Source of the DNA: a virus
Lineage: Duplodnaviria > Caudoviricetes
Length of the DNA stretch: 64,000 nt
Virus record (IMG/VR): IMGVR_UViG_3300008259_002957
Strand: one strand, 5' to 3'
Part shown: positions 37,210 through 47,797 of the stretch, in pieces
Layout of the letters: each line of letters starts with the position of its first letter
How positions within the stretch are numbered: position 1 is the first letter of the stretch
Program-made: the position numbers and the translations under genes
Notes under the pieces: model-generated
Told to the model about the DNA's origin: nothing
Seen by the model: only the letters and a program-made list of their open reading frames with translations
Database searches by the model: none

Positions 37210-37821
37210 ATGACAAATTTAAAAGATTTTAATGGAATACATGTTGAAGGTCATATTAAGATTTTTGATCCAATATCTGGTGAAACTTTCATTAATAAGA
37301 GAAATGCAATACATTACGAAAATATGAGTATTGCTCTAGCAGAGAGTTTATCAAATGCAGGGCAAGGATTTATATATGAAATGAGTTTTGGAAACGGTGG
37401 AACAAACGTCGATCCAACTGGTATTATTACATACCTAACTCCTAACACAACTGGCACAAATGCAAGTCTGTATAATCAAACATATAACAAAGTAGTTGAT
37501 GATAGAAGTGTTAACAACATTGATCCGTCTAGAAACAAAACAGAAATACGTCACGTATCTGGTACAAACTATACTGATATTCTTGTTAGTTGTTTGCTAG
37601 ATTATGGCGAACCAGATGGCCAAGATGCGTTTGATACTGCGGCAGATACCAATGGTTTATATGTTTTTGACGAATTAGGTTTACGTAGTTATAGTAGTTC
37701 GGGATCAGGAAGATTACTAACTCATGTTATTTTCCACCCTGTACAAAAAAGTTTGAATAGACTTATACAGATTGACTACACTGTAAGAGTACAAAGCCTT
37801 AGCGGATTTAACGAGGTATAA
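37210..37821 (+). CDS. Virion structural protein (baseplate/fibre attachment-like)
   Basis: GHIKIFDP, FDELGL and LLTHVIFHPVQKSLNR; lies between the wedge and the fibres. Confidence 0.6.
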   Translation: MTNLKDFNGIHVEGHIKIFDPISGETFINKRNAIHYENMSIALAESLSNAGQGFIYEMSFGNGGTNVDPTGIITYLTPNTTGTNASLYNQTYNKVVDDRSVNNIDPSRNKTEIRHVSGTNYTDILVSCLLDYGEPDGQDAFDTAADTNGLYVFDELGLRSYSSSGSGRLLTHVIFHPVQKSLNRLIQIDYTVRVQSLSGFNEV

Positions 37822-37823
37822 TA

Positions 37824-39824
37824 ATGGCCGAATATCAAGTAGATTTTACTGACAGTGTAAACAAGGGTAGTATAATAGTAGACGACGGAACTACTAATTC
37901 AACCGATACTAGTTTAGTATTTCCTGGAAGAAACTTTGCTAACTATGGCAAAATAGTTAACGAAAACTTTTTACATTTGTTAGAAAATTTTGCTAACAAT
38001 ACTGCTCCTGTAAATCCTATCGAAGGACAACTTTGGTACGACAATACCGATGGAATTGATCAGTTAAAAATTTACGATGGCACTCAATGGGTTAGTGCCG
38101 GCGGCCTTAAAAAAGCAAACTCCGAACCCGAAGCATCTAGTAGTATTCTAGGCGATCTTTGGGTTGATACTGCTAACAAACAACTTTACATTTACTCGGG
38201 CTCTGGGTGGATATTAGTTGGACCGGATTATTCAGAAGGCGCATCAACCGGTGCAAAATTTGTCAATGTAGTTTCAACTACTAATGTTGAAAATCCAGTG
38301 ATTATTAACTATGTAAACAATATTCCAGTTTCTATTATTAGCAATACTGAGTTTACACCTAAATTAACTATAAGCGGATTTGGCATAATAAGAATTGGTG
38401 TTAATTTAAGATCAAATGCAAAGTATTATGGTACAGCCGAAAAAGCCGAAACACTTTTAGTAAGTGGAACACCAACTGAAGGTGCGCTGTTTGCAAGATT
38501 AAATGCCAGTAACGTGTTTGACAGATCTATACGTATCAACAACAATGGCGGACTAATAATTGGCGAAAACCAAACACTTGCATTATCAATTGCCGGAAGT
38601 GTAGCAGAAATTAGAAATATTGCAAACGACGGCAGTATTGATTTTAAAGTCAACAGCAGCGGAACATCTCTAACTGCTATGAGAATTTTTAACAATACAA
38701 AAATTACCATTGGTAGTAATAAAATACCTACTGAGGCATTAGATGTAGTTGGAAATATTAAAACCAGTGGAACAGTAACAATATTAAATTCAGATGCAAT
38801 TGCAACAGCCTTATCCGTATCAGGCAGTGCAACAGTAAGCGAAAACTTGTCTGTTACTGGAACAATTACTGTAGGCGGCGACTTAACAACAGATGACATT
38901 TTGCCTTCGGTAACTGGAATAAAAAACATAGGTACCAATGCATTAAAATACAACAACATCTATGCTAACAGCGTTTACGGTTCGTTTGTAGGAAACGTTA
39001 CTGGTAATCTAACTGGAACTGCTACAACTGCGGGCAAATTAAGTAGCCCAACTACATTTCAAATGTCTGGGGACGTAATTGCATCATCGTTTACTTTTGA
39101 CGGGCAAGTTGGCGGAAGTACAAAAACATTCACAACAACACTGAACTCAACATTTTTAACAGATAAAACTCAAGTTACTACAGTTGAAACAACTGACGAA
39201 ATTTTAATTAACAGACCAGGAACAGGTCTGCGAAAAATAGAACAAGAAGATTTAGTTAGTAAAATTCCTAATACTGCTCAAGGTCCGATAATGCCAATTG
39301 GTACAATTTTACCATACGGTGGAACAGTAGCACCTCCAGGGTTCTTTATATGTGATGGTACAGAAAGACCGATATCAACCTATTCGGCATTACATGCAAT
39401 AATTGGTACAAACTTTGGAGTAGGTACGTCAATTACTTTTAAATTGCCAGATTTTAGAGGAAGAACATTGCTTGGTTGGTTGTATGATGCTGGTAATACT
39501 TTGCCTAACCCAACCGGTGCATTTGTTGATGTAACTGAAAATACTGTAGGTTTAGTAGGCGGATCTGAGTCAGCACTGATTACAGACTCACAACTGCCTA
39601 ACCACAGTCATAGTTTACAAAGTGACGCAGGTACACAATTCTATGCAACAACTAATTCATCGGTGTCTGAACCAAATACTGCATCGATTTCAATAGTAGG
39701 TGGCAACGCTGGTACAGGATTTACTAGAACTGCTGGCATTAGTGATTATACAACACAAGATGAGTTTTCAACAGTGTCGCCTTATGTAACTGTCAACTTT
39801 ATCATCTATCATGGAGTCTTTTAA
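37824..39824 (+). CDS. Tail fibre with C-terminal phage tail-collar domain
   Basis: Shared N-terminal module YGKIVNENFLHLLENFAN...EGQLWYD; collar motif MPIGTILPYGG...FFICDG...LPDFRGR. Confidence 0.8.
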   Translation: MAEYQVDFTDSVNKGSIIVDDGTTNSTDTSLVFPGRNFANYGKIVNENFLHLLENFANNTAPVNPIEGQLWYDNTDGIDQLKIYDGTQWVSAGGLKKANSEPEASSSILGDLWVDTANKQLYIYSGSGWILVGPDYSEGASTGAKFVNVVSTTNVENPVIINYVNNIPVSIISNTEFTPKLTISGFGIIRIGVNLRSNAKYYGTAEKAETLLVSGTPTEGALFARLNASNVFDRSIRINNNGGLIIGENQTLALSIAGSVAEIRNIANDGSIDFKVNSSGTSLTAMRIFNNTKITIGSNKIPTEALDVVGNIKTSGTVTILNSDAIATALSVSGSATVSENLSVTGTITVGGDLTTDDILPSVTGIKNIGTNALKYNNIYANSVYGSFVGNVTGNLTGTATTAGKLSSPTTFQMSGDVIASSFTFDGQVGGSTKTFTTTLNSTFLTDKTQVTTVETTDEILINRPGTGLRKIEQEDLVSKIPNTAQGPIMPIGTILPYGGTVAPPGFFICDGTERPISTYSALHAIIGTNFGVGTSITFKLPDFRGRTLLGWLYDAGNTLPNPTGAFVDVTENTVGLVGGSESALITDSQLPNHSHSLQSDAGTQFYATTNSSVSEPNTASISIVGGNAGTGFTRTAGISDYTTQDEFSTVSPYVTVNFIIYHGVF

Positions 39825-41623
39825 TGAGTTATAAAATTAATAAAACCGATGGCGCATTATTAGTTGATCTGGTTGATGGAAGAATAGACATTGACACAAC
39901 TGACTTAACTCTTGTAGGACGTAACTATACAGGGTATGGTGAAAGATTTAATGAAAATTTTATAAAACTACTTGAAAACTTTGCAAATACTGCCGCACCA
40001 GCAAATCCACTAGAAGGTCAACTTTGGTACGACACATCCGAAGGTAGACTAAAAATATTCAACGGTACTATTTTTAGATCAACAGATACTACAGTAGTTT
40101 CTGCAACCGAGCCTGAGTTGTTAGCAGGCGACATCTGGATTGATTCTGCAACTCAACAAATCAAGTTTAGTGATGGCAATAACGTTATCTTAGCAGGACC
40201 TATCTATACATTTGCTCAAGGCGTTACTGGATTTGACGTTCAGACAGTTGTAGATAGATTTGGAAATCCAAGAACAGTTGCAAGATTAATGATAGGCGGT
40301 GCACCGGTTGCACTAATCAGCAGTATAGATTTTATTGCTGCACAAAGTATAGCAAACTTTGGAACAAATATACAAGCCGGCGTTAACATAAGTTCTGTGT
40401 ATCCTGATTTTAGATTTATAGGAACAGCAGAGTTTGCAACATCACTGGTTGATAGTTTAGGCGATGAATTTACACCTGACGATTTTTTAAAGATTGCTGC
40501 AAATAATACTGCAACAGGATCATTGCATGTAAAAAATGATAATGGAATAATAATAGGTGACGACAGTGACTATGTTATCAAAGTTGAGGGTATAAGCACA
40601 GTTAACAGAGCACAACTAAACGGCTCTGATGTTAAGTTTCAAATAAATCAATCTTCGACAATTGTTGATTATTTTACAATTGACAACAGTACTTCTCGAA
40701 TTGGTGTATGGCAATCTAACCCTCAATTTGGATTTGATGTCAATACTAATGTTAGAATTACAGGAAACCTACAAGTTGACGGTACAACATCGTATTTTGA
40801 TGTTACAAATTTACGAGTAGAAGATAAAACAATCGAACTTGCAATTACATCAGATAGTACATTGTTACCAGAAAGTTCACTCGATGGTGCAGGTGTAATT
40901 GTAAAAGCAACAGGAAATGACAAGTCTATAACTTGGAACTTAACCTATGATACTTGGGATAGTTCTACACATTGGAACGTACCAACCGGATATGCATACA
41001 AAGTTGGCTATAATACTGTTTTAACAGAAACAGGATTAGGGTCATCTGTTGTTAACAGTAGTTTAACAAGTGTAGGAACACTAACCAGTTTAAATGTAGA
41101 CAACATCAATTTAAACAACGCAACTATTACAACTACTACAAATCCGTTGGTAATTGCAAGTGCTGGCGATATAAGCATTACTAGCAGCAGAAAAATATAC
41201 GGAGTAGGTTCTCCTGATATTTCTGATTCGCCTGATTATGTTGCTACAAAAGGCTATGTTGACGATAAAACCTTAGAAGCACCTGTTTATCTTTCGTTGG
41301 ACATTACAGGTTTAAGCAACAGTCAAATTGCATCGGTTATAAATGATTTGGCACCGTCGCTTACAAAAAACATTGGTGTGTATGCTTATGTACATTGTGT
41401 TCAATACAGCGGATCTATAGAATATAATGCAAGCGATGCAATTTCAAAGTCTTTTATAGCAGTAGACAAAAATGGTACAGAAAATCAGTCAGTACTTGCT
41501 GACGTAAGTTTTTCTAATGTAACGGAAACAGTATCACTATCTGTGTCAAGAAGTTTAAAGCGTTTTGTTGTTAATGGTTCAGGTAACTGGGCCTACGACA
41601 CAGATCTTGTTTCGAGTGTTTAA
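39824..41623 (+). CDS. Tail fibre/baseplate fibre paralog
   Basis: Same N-terminal module (YGERFNENFIKLLENFAN...EGQLWYD); beta-rich body. Confidence 0.7.
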   Translation: MSYKINKTDGALLVDLVDGRIDIDTTDLTLVGRNYTGYGERFNENFIKLLENFANTAAPANPLEGQLWYDTSEGRLKIFNGTIFRSTDTTVVSATEPELLAGDIWIDSATQQIKFSDGNNVILAGPIYTFAQGVTGFDVQTVVDRFGNPRTVARLMIGGAPVALISSIDFIAAQSIANFGTNIQAGVNISSVYPDFRFIGTAEFATSLVDSLGDEFTPDDFLKIAANNTATGSLHVKNDNGIIIGDDSDYVIKVEGISTVNRAQLNGSDVKFQINQSSTIVDYFTIDNSTSRIGVWQSNPQFGFDVNTNVRITGNLQVDGTTSYFDVTNLRVEDKTIELAITSDSTLLPESSLDGAGVIVKATGNDKSITWNLTYDTWDSSTHWNVPTGYAYKVGYNTVLTETGLGSSVVNSSLTSVGTLTSLNVDNINLNNATITTTTNPLVIASAGDISITSSRKIYGVGSPDISDSPDYVATKGYVDDKTLEAPVYLSLDITGLSNSQIASVINDLAPSLTKNIGVYAYVHCVQYSGSIEYNASDAISKSFIAVDKNGTENQSVLADVSFSNVTETVSLSVSRSLKRFVVNGSGNWAYDTDLVSSV

Positions 41624-41661
41624 TAGGTAAATATTAGTGTTGCAAAGGGGTTGTTCCATAA

Positions 41662-43116
41662 ATGGCATATATTATTAACAGATACAACGGTACAGTTTTA
41701 ACTACAGTAGAAGACGGTACAATTAATCAAACTACTGAAGTGAAATTTGTCGGTAAGAATTTTGCCGGATATGGCGAATCACAAAATGAAAACTTTTTAT
41801 TCTTATTAGAAAACTTTGCTAACTCTGTAGCACCAACAAAGCCAATCAGCGGTATGCTATGGTATGATAGTGCAACAAGTAAAATAAAAGTATATGACGG
41901 ATCAAAGTGGAAAACCACAGGCGGCTCAGAAGTTAGTAGTACTGCACCAACTGGATTAGTCGAAGGCGACCTTTGGTGGAACAGTTCTACAAATCAACTT
42001 TATGCTAGAAATTCATCAAACGAGTGGGTGTTAGTAGGACCGCAAAGTGCAGGTACCGGTGTAACTCAAATGAGAAGTTTAACAGTTACAGATACACTCG
42101 GGGTGCAACATGCAATTATCCTAGCAACAGTCGATGATGAGGTTGTTTACATTATCAGCAAAGACGAATTTACTATATCACTAGCAGATACAATCGAAGG
42201 ATTTGACTCGGTTAAAAAAGGTCTTACCTTAATTAATACAAAAGCATCAACCAATGGTGTAACAACATCTGATCATAGATATTGGGGCACTGCTTCAAAT
42301 GCGTTGAGATTAGCAGGACGTCCTGCGTCGGATTATTTAACAACCGACAATGTTATATTTACTGGGATTGTTAAGTTTGGCGACGTAGGATATACATTAG
42401 GCAACGACGATGATTTAATTGTTAACATCGACTCGGATACTTCAACTCCGCAAATAAAATTAGTTAGAAATGCATTACGTTTTAGATCTAGCACTGATGT
42501 GCTAGTATCTACAATTACCAACACTGGAATAGCACCGGGCGCAAATAATACATTTAATTTAGGTGCTTCGGGTAATGCATGGGCAAATGTATATGCTACT
42601 AACCTTGTAGGTACTGCAACTGAAGCAGGATTGTTAACAGTGGGTGGCACAGGAAGATCTGCATCAACCTCTGCAACTGCAAACACCGTTGCAGCAAGAG
42701 ACAGCAGCGGTAACTTGACAGCAGTTGTGTTTAATGGTACTGCAACTAAAGCCAGATACGCTGACCTTGCAGAAAAGTATACAACAGAACAAGAATGGCC
42801 AGTTGGAACAGCAATGGCAGTTTGCAAACACAGTGAACACGAAACTTGTCCGGCTACAGCAAGTGATTTAGCAATCGGTGTAATTTCCGAAAAGCCTGCA
42901 TACTTGATGAATAGCGAACTTGAGAACGGCCAAGCAATTGCACTTAAAGGTCGTGTACCGGTAAGAATAGTAGGCCCAGTTAAAAAAGGTCAAGCAGTTT
43001 ATGCTTGGGATGCAGGCGTTTGCACTACAATGGCAACAACTGCATTAATTGGAGTAGCATTAGAGACCAACGATTCAACTGACGAAAAGTTAGTCGAGTG
43101 TGTTCTTAAAGTATAA
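41662..43116 (+). CDS. Tail fibre paralog with C-terminal intramolecular-chaperone-like domain
   Basis: Same N-terminal module; C-terminal YADLAEKY...LKGRVPVRIVGPVKKG. TAAATA box at 41628-41633. Confidence 0.7.
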   Translation: MAYIINRYNGTVLTTVEDGTINQTTEVKFVGKNFAGYGESQNENFLFLLENFANSVAPTKPISGMLWYDSATSKIKVYDGSKWKTTGGSEVSSTAPTGLVEGDLWWNSSTNQLYARNSSNEWVLVGPQSAGTGVTQMRSLTVTDTLGVQHAIILATVDDEVVYIISKDEFTISLADTIEGFDSVKKGLTLINTKASTNGVTTSDHRYWGTASNALRLAGRPASDYLTTDNVIFTGIVKFGDVGYTLGNDDDLIVNIDSDTSTPQIKLVRNALRFRSSTDVLVSTITNTGIAPGANNTFNLGASGNAWANVYATNLVGTATEAGLLTVGGTGRSASTSATANTVAARDSSGNLTAVVFNGTATKARYADLAEKYTTEQEWPVGTAMAVCKHSEHETCPATASDLAIGVISEKPAYLMNSELENGQAIALKGRVPVRIVGPVKKGQAVYAWDAGVCTTMATTALIGVALETNDSTDEKLVECVLKV

Positions 43117-43119
43117 ATA
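43112..43119 (+). promoter_or_regulatory. T4-type late promoter TATAAATA
   Basis: Exact consensus, 26 nt before ATG 43146. Confidence 0.7.
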
Positions 43120-43145
43120 AAACTAGCAGTTTATAGGAATAAGTA

Positions 43146-44075
43146 ATGGCAGTTGGAGAGATAATTACCGCAGCGCGATACAATAGTATGCAAGCAAAGG
43201 CAATTGCTGTTTTAGGCAACGGCAGCGGAAATTTAGGATATGGACAAAGACCAGTTAGCACAACAGTAGCAACAACAAATACTGTTAATGCTCTACACAT
43301 GCAAAATTTAAAATCTGATTTAGAAAAAGCATATGTACACCAAACAGGAAGTCTTCCTACCCTAACGAGTATTGTTGCTTCCGCAGACGAAATAACAGAT
43401 ACAGTTTATGCTCAATACGAAAATATTTCAACGTTTGTTTATGCAGAAATTAATAGATTTGCATTAGACTCGTCACAAGCAACAGTAGAAAATAAGTTAA
43501 GTAGTCAGCGTACATCAGCGTGGGGTGGCGCATCGCAACCTCAAACAGTGCGTCATGAATTTACTGTAACATTTACTGGTGGTTATACTGTTATAAATTC
43601 GGATGGAACATCGGGTACAGCCACTGCCGCAGATCACAGAAGACATTTCTTTAACAGCGGCGGCGAAATAAGAATTGTACCATCAATTTCCAGCCCTCCT
43701 TCGTCTACTTCAAAATTTATTGATTGGCAAAATCTATTACAGTCAATTGGAACTTTGAGATTTAACTATACAACTGTTACTGCAAGTTCTGGTATATCGT
43801 CTAGTTTAGGTAACTTTGACTTAACAAGTACGTATCAAACACTTTATACAAAATCTGGTACAAGTGTTTATACAGGTAACACATTTGTAGTTAAAGCCAA
43901 GGGCGATCAAACATCAGGAGTTGTTACATTCTTAGTTGAATTCACCGATGATCTAAGTAACAACGTTGACGAGCCAGTCGAAGGTACGTTGTTAAGTTCG
44001 ATATCTCAATACAGAGCAACTGGTTCTTATGTGTCAGTGCCTTCTCCTGCATATCAAACTATACAAAGTTTGTAA
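43146..44075 (+). CDS. Virion structural protein, paralog of the next gene
   Basis: Thr/Ser/Gly-rich; HFFNSGGEIRI, and DWQNLLQSIGT shared with 44113..45141. Confidence 0.6.
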   Translation: MAVGEIITAARYNSMQAKAIAVLGNGSGNLGYGQRPVSTTVATTNTVNALHMQNLKSDLEKAYVHQTGSLPTLTSIVASADEITDTVYAQYENISTFVYAEINRFALDSSQATVENKLSSQRTSAWGGASQPQTVRHEFTVTFTGGYTVINSDGTSGTATAADHRRHFFNSGGEIRIVPSISSPPSSTSKFIDWQNLLQSIGTLRFNYTTVTASSGISSSLGNFDLTSTYQTLYTKSGTSVYTGNTFVVKAKGDQTSGVVTFLVEFTDDLSNNVDEPVEGTLLSSISQYRATGSYVSVPSPAYQTIQSL

Positions 44076-44112
44076 TGACAGAAACTATATATAAGTACTA
44101 GGAGAAAAACTA

Positions 44113-45141
44113 ATGCCTGTATCAACCGGATCCTCTTTAACAGCTAGTTCTTATAATTCAATCAGAAGTACTTTGTCCAGTATCTATGCAACACAATATG
44201 GACAGACCATGAGGTCTACAACAGTTGCAGCCACAGTTGACTCGGTTACCTCTGAACAGATGCTAGATCTATTTCTCGATGCACAAGGAACGTATGTGCA
44301 TCAAGTTGGTAGTGTAAGCACCACTGTTGCAGTACCGCCAACAGGACAAACTGTTGGTGCAAATCAGTCTCAAACTTTTAACCAAACTACAGGTGCAAAA
44401 GCAACACCGGCTGACGGTACAATACAAGGTATTAATGATTACGAGTCGTTAATAAACACTGTGAGTAACTTTGATCCTAGTGTAACTGGGTTTTCAATAA
44501 CTAGTTTTAGCCCAGGAACACCGCTTAACAGTTCACGAAGTACTCAGTGGGGCGGCACAGGCCAGGTTGAAAGCATTTATCATGTAGTAACTGTAACATT
44601 TCCTACTGTTAACGCAATGAATTTTTATTTTAATGCAGGTGGTGAAATACGTTTTACTGCTAGTCTAACTGGCGGCAGTGGATCAAAAGACACAGACTGG
44701 CAAGGTTTGCTAAGTGCAATGGGTACTATTACATTTAATAAATTTAGAATAACAGCATCATCTGGTACCCCAACTCCGGCTGGTTCTGGAGGCAGCGGTT
44801 TTAGCAGTTTAACATCTAGTTACAGACAGTTGTTTATTAAAGCAGGATCTGGAGTATATGCAGACAACGATTATACTATATCTGGGTTACTTTCTGGATC
44901 AACATTGAGATTTAGAATTGAATTCAATGACGGTGATACTGGTACTAATGCAGGAAGTCCAGTTGGTGGAACTCCAATTGACGAACCAGTAACTGGTACA
45001 ACAACTAGCACAGTTAACACTGGTAGACCAAACAGTTCGTTTATATATAACTCAGCATCGTATACCGCAGTTAGTTTGGCAGCCCCGACACTAGCAACAG
45101 CAATTGCACTTACCAGTGACAATTTAACTCCTCCTGCTTAA
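44113..45141 (+). CDS. Virion structural protein, paralog of the previous gene
   Basis: FYFNAGGEIRF, DWQGLLSAMGT; GGAGA SD; TATAAGTA late-like box at 44090-44097. Confidence 0.6.
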   Translation: MPVSTGSSLTASSYNSIRSTLSSIYATQYGQTMRSTTVAATVDSVTSEQMLDLFLDAQGTYVHQVGSVSTTVAVPPTGQTVGANQSQTFNQTTGAKATPADGTIQGINDYESLINTVSNFDPSVTGFSITSFSPGTPLNSSRSTQWGGTGQVESIYHVVTVTFPTVNAMNFYFNAGGEIRFTASLTGGSGSKDTDWQGLLSAMGTITFNKFRITASSGTPTPAGSGGSGFSSLTSSYRQLFIKAGSGVYADNDYTISGLLSGSTLRFRIEFNDGDTGTNAGSPVGGTPIDEPVTGTTTSTVNTGRPNSSFIYNSASYTAVSLAAPTLATAIALTSDNLTPPA

Positions 45142-45147
45142 AATTAT

Positions 45148-45176
45148 TTGACAAATATTAAAAAATGTCGTATTAT
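45148..45176 (+). promoter_or_regulatory. Sigma70-type promoter TTGACA-N17-TATTAT heading the glycosyltransferase/radical SAM operon
   Basis: Near-consensus boxes with 17-nt spacing; AGGAG SD before ATG 45199. Confidence 0.8.
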
Positions 45177-45198
45177 ATCAATACGATAGGAGTAATCT

Positions 45199-45546
45199 AT
45201 GGACGAAAAACTAAAACAAGCACTTGATTTTAGTAATTATATGATCACACTAAACAATCAAAAACGTGTTTTAAAAGAACAATATCAAAATGATATTGTA
45301 TATTATTTCAACGGTGGCCAGTTTACAGTAAAACAAGAGTTAGTTAGTTTCTGTCAAGCACTTATTGCTTTAAAGCAAACTGAAACAATCCTAGTTGATG
45401 ATAACGGAATACCAGTAGAAATTGAAGAGTTGTTTGAATTTACCAAAAGTATCGTTGGTGTTTACTTTGCAGCAACCAACAAATATTTAATTGAATACAA
45501 CAAATTAAAAAGCAACAGAACAGTTGAAGGTATAATCGATTTATGA
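45199..45546 (+). CDS. Hypothetical protein (115 aa)
   Basis: First ORF of a tightly overlapped operon. Confidence 0.75.
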   Translation: MDEKLKQALDFSNYMITLNNQKRVLKEQYQNDIVYYFNGGQFTVKQELVSFCQALIALKQTETILVDDNGIPVEIEELFEFTKSIVGVYFAATNKYLIEYNKLKSNRTVEGIIDL

Positions 45547-46391
45547 GCAAAGGTGTTTTGCTTATCGCAAGAAATAACAGCGAAGTTGATTATGTAAAAC
45601 AAGCAGTATTTTCGGCAAAGCGTATTAAAAATTACTTAAACTTACCGGTTAGTATTATAACAGACAATGTACAATATCTTAATGAAAGATACACAGATTC
45701 AATGTCTGTGTTTGATAAAGTTATTGAACTAGAAAAAGAATCTTCATATACATATAAAAAATACTACGACGGATCTTGGACTAGAAAAAATCTTGAATTT
45801 AAAAATACAAGTAGAAGCAGTGTATTTGATTTAACTCCTTACAACGAAACACTCCTACTTGATACAGATTTTATAATTGCAAATAATTTATTGTCTAATT
45901 GTTTTACACAAGCACATGACTTTTTAATTTATCAAGATGCGTTTGATTTAGCCGGATGGAGAGATGTATCAGAATTTAACTCTATCAGCGAAGTTGGTCC
46001 AAATTTTTACTGGGCAACAGCAGTTTTTTTTAGAAAAACAGAAACTAATAAAGTTTTTTTTAACTTAATAAAACACATACAAGAAAATTGGTTACATTAT
46101 CGAAATCTTTATCAAATACGCACAAGTGTTTTTAGAAATGATCATGCTTTTAGTATAGCAATTCATATGATGAACGGATTTCAAGCAGGTGACTTTGCTA
46201 AACCAATGCCGGGTACAATGTATTATTCAATTGACAGAGACTTGTTAGTTGAAATCAACAATGAAAATTTTTTAATTTTATTAGAAAAAGAAAACGAAGC
46301 AGGAAAATACTTTCCTACAAAAATAAAAAACAGCAACGTTCATGTTATGAATAAGTTTAGTCTTGGTAGAGTAATAGACAATGACAGTTAA
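45543..46391 (+). CDS. GT-A fold nucleotide-diphospho-sugar transferase-like
   Basis: LTPYNETLLLDTD (DxD), WATAVFFRK and RNDHAFSIA. Confidence 0.65.
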   Translation: MSKGVLLIARNNSEVDYVKQAVFSAKRIKNYLNLPVSIITDNVQYLNERYTDSMSVFDKVIELEKESSYTYKKYYDGSWTRKNLEFKNTSRSSVFDLTPYNETLLLDTDFIIANNLLSNCFTQAHDFLIYQDAFDLAGWRDVSEFNSISEVGPNFYWATAVFFRKTETNKVFFNLIKHIQENWLHYRNLYQIRTSVFRNDHAFSIAIHMMNGFQAGDFAKPMPGTMYYSIDRDLLVEINNENFLILLEKENEAGKYFPTKIKNSNVHVMNKFSLGRVIDNDS

Positions 46392-47220
46392 TTTTACAAT
46401 GCTTGCACAGAACAGCACACACAACTATGTAAAACAAGCATACTTGTGTGCATTAAGTATTCGTGCTACCAATCCTGACAGTAAAATTTGTCTTATTACC
46501 AACGACACACTTGACAAAAAACATTCAGCAGTGTTCGATGATATTGTTAGTATTCCTTGGGAAGATTCTGCACAGTCATCAGAATGGAAAGTAGAAAATC
46601 GGTGGAAAATTTATCATGCTACACCGTATGACCGTACAATTGTGATAGATACTGATATGTTAGTACTTGAAAATGTCGAGCATTGGTGGAATTTTCTAAA
46701 AAACTATAAGATATTTTTTACTACTAACGTAAAAACCTATAGAGGAACTCCTTTAACTAGCATCTATTATCGTAAAGCATTTAGAAATCATCAACTGCCC
46801 AATCTATACAGTGGATTTCATTACTTTGAAAAAAGCGACGAAGCACACAACTTTTATAAATGGCTTGAGTTAGTGATGAACAACTGGGAACTGTTTTATG
46901 GACAATATGCAGGTGGAAAGTATTTTCAAAAATTTGCCAGTGTAGATATTAGTGCTGCAATTGTAACTAAGATACTAGACTGTGAGGAGCGTGTTACAAG
47001 CAAAGCAACATATCCGCATTTTACTCATATGAAGATCCATACACAAGATTGGAAAATCTTAACCAGTGAACGGTGGCAAGACAAAGTAGGTGTATACTTA
47101 GATAATGATCTTGATCTAAAAATTGGAAATTACAAGCAAAACGGAATATTTCATTATACAGAAAAAGATTTTGTTACAGATGATGTTATAAAAATTTATG
47201 AAAGATATTTAAATGTTTGA
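46381..47220 (+). CDS. GT-A fold nucleotide-diphospho-sugar transferase-like (paralog of the previous gene)
   Basis: ATPYDRTIVIDTD (DxD), YSGFHYFEK and SVDISAAIV. Confidence 0.65.
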   Translation: MTVNFTMLAQNSTHNYVKQAYLCALSIRATNPDSKICLITNDTLDKKHSAVFDDIVSIPWEDSAQSSEWKVENRWKIYHATPYDRTIVIDTDMLVLENVEHWWNFLKNYKIFFTTNVKTYRGTPLTSIYYRKAFRNHQLPNLYSGFHYFEKSDEAHNFYKWLELVMNNWELFYGQYAGGKYFQKFASVDISAAIVTKILDCEERVTSKATYPHFTHMKIHTQDWKILTSERWQDKVGVYLDNDLDLKIGNYKQNGIFHYTEKDFVTDDVIKIYERYLNV

Positions 47221-47797
47221 AAGTATTCTTTATGTTTCAACTAAACGATATGTCTACTTCGACGAAGATGGTAATTTAACTGCGGTATCAAATGTTAATA
47301 CTGAGCCAGGTAACTATGTCGAAGTTGAATTTGCAGACATTGCAAATTTAATTACTGGTAAAGAACACTTTTTTCATTATTATGTAGCGTTTGATACTGT
47401 TTCTAAAAGTTATGTATTAAAACATAAACTTAACGAAGAAGATTTTACGTTTGATGTAAACAATCAAATATATAAAATTCCTAATAGTAGTGCAAGAACT
47501 GATATCAAAATCATACAAGACATCCCTAATAAAAAATGGACAATTGTGTTAGATGAAATCATTAGAGATAATTTTAAATCTAAAAAGATGATTTTTACAA
47601 AATCTCTTAACTTTAGTTTTACACGATACAACGACCCACATCAACTGGAAAAGTTTTTAACTATAGAATTGAATTCACTAATTGAACAAGATTTACATAT
47701 TGACTTTGAAAACCAAATAGAACTTGACCCAAACGCATTAAGTGTATATACTATAAAACGTCTAGAAACATATTCGCATGAGGTATTAAATGGGTAA
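47213..47797 (+). CDS. Hypothetical protein (194 aa)
   Basis: Overlapping ORF within the operon; no recognisable motif. Confidence 0.7.
   Translation: MFESILYVSTKRYVYFDEDGNLTAVSNVNTEPGNYVEVEFADIANLITGKEHFFHYYVAFDTVSKSYVLKHKLNEEDFTFDVNNQIYKIPNSSARTDIKIIQDIPNKKWTIVLDEIIRDNFKSKKMIFTKSLNFSFTRYNDPHQLEKFLTIELNSLIEQDLHIDFENQIELDPNALSVYTIKRLETYSHEVLNG

Noticed and set aside
37824-45141. Diversity-generating retroelement or invertible fibre cassette
   Set aside because: No reverse transcriptase, invertase, TR/VR pair or long inverted repeats seen; paralogy is only at protein level.
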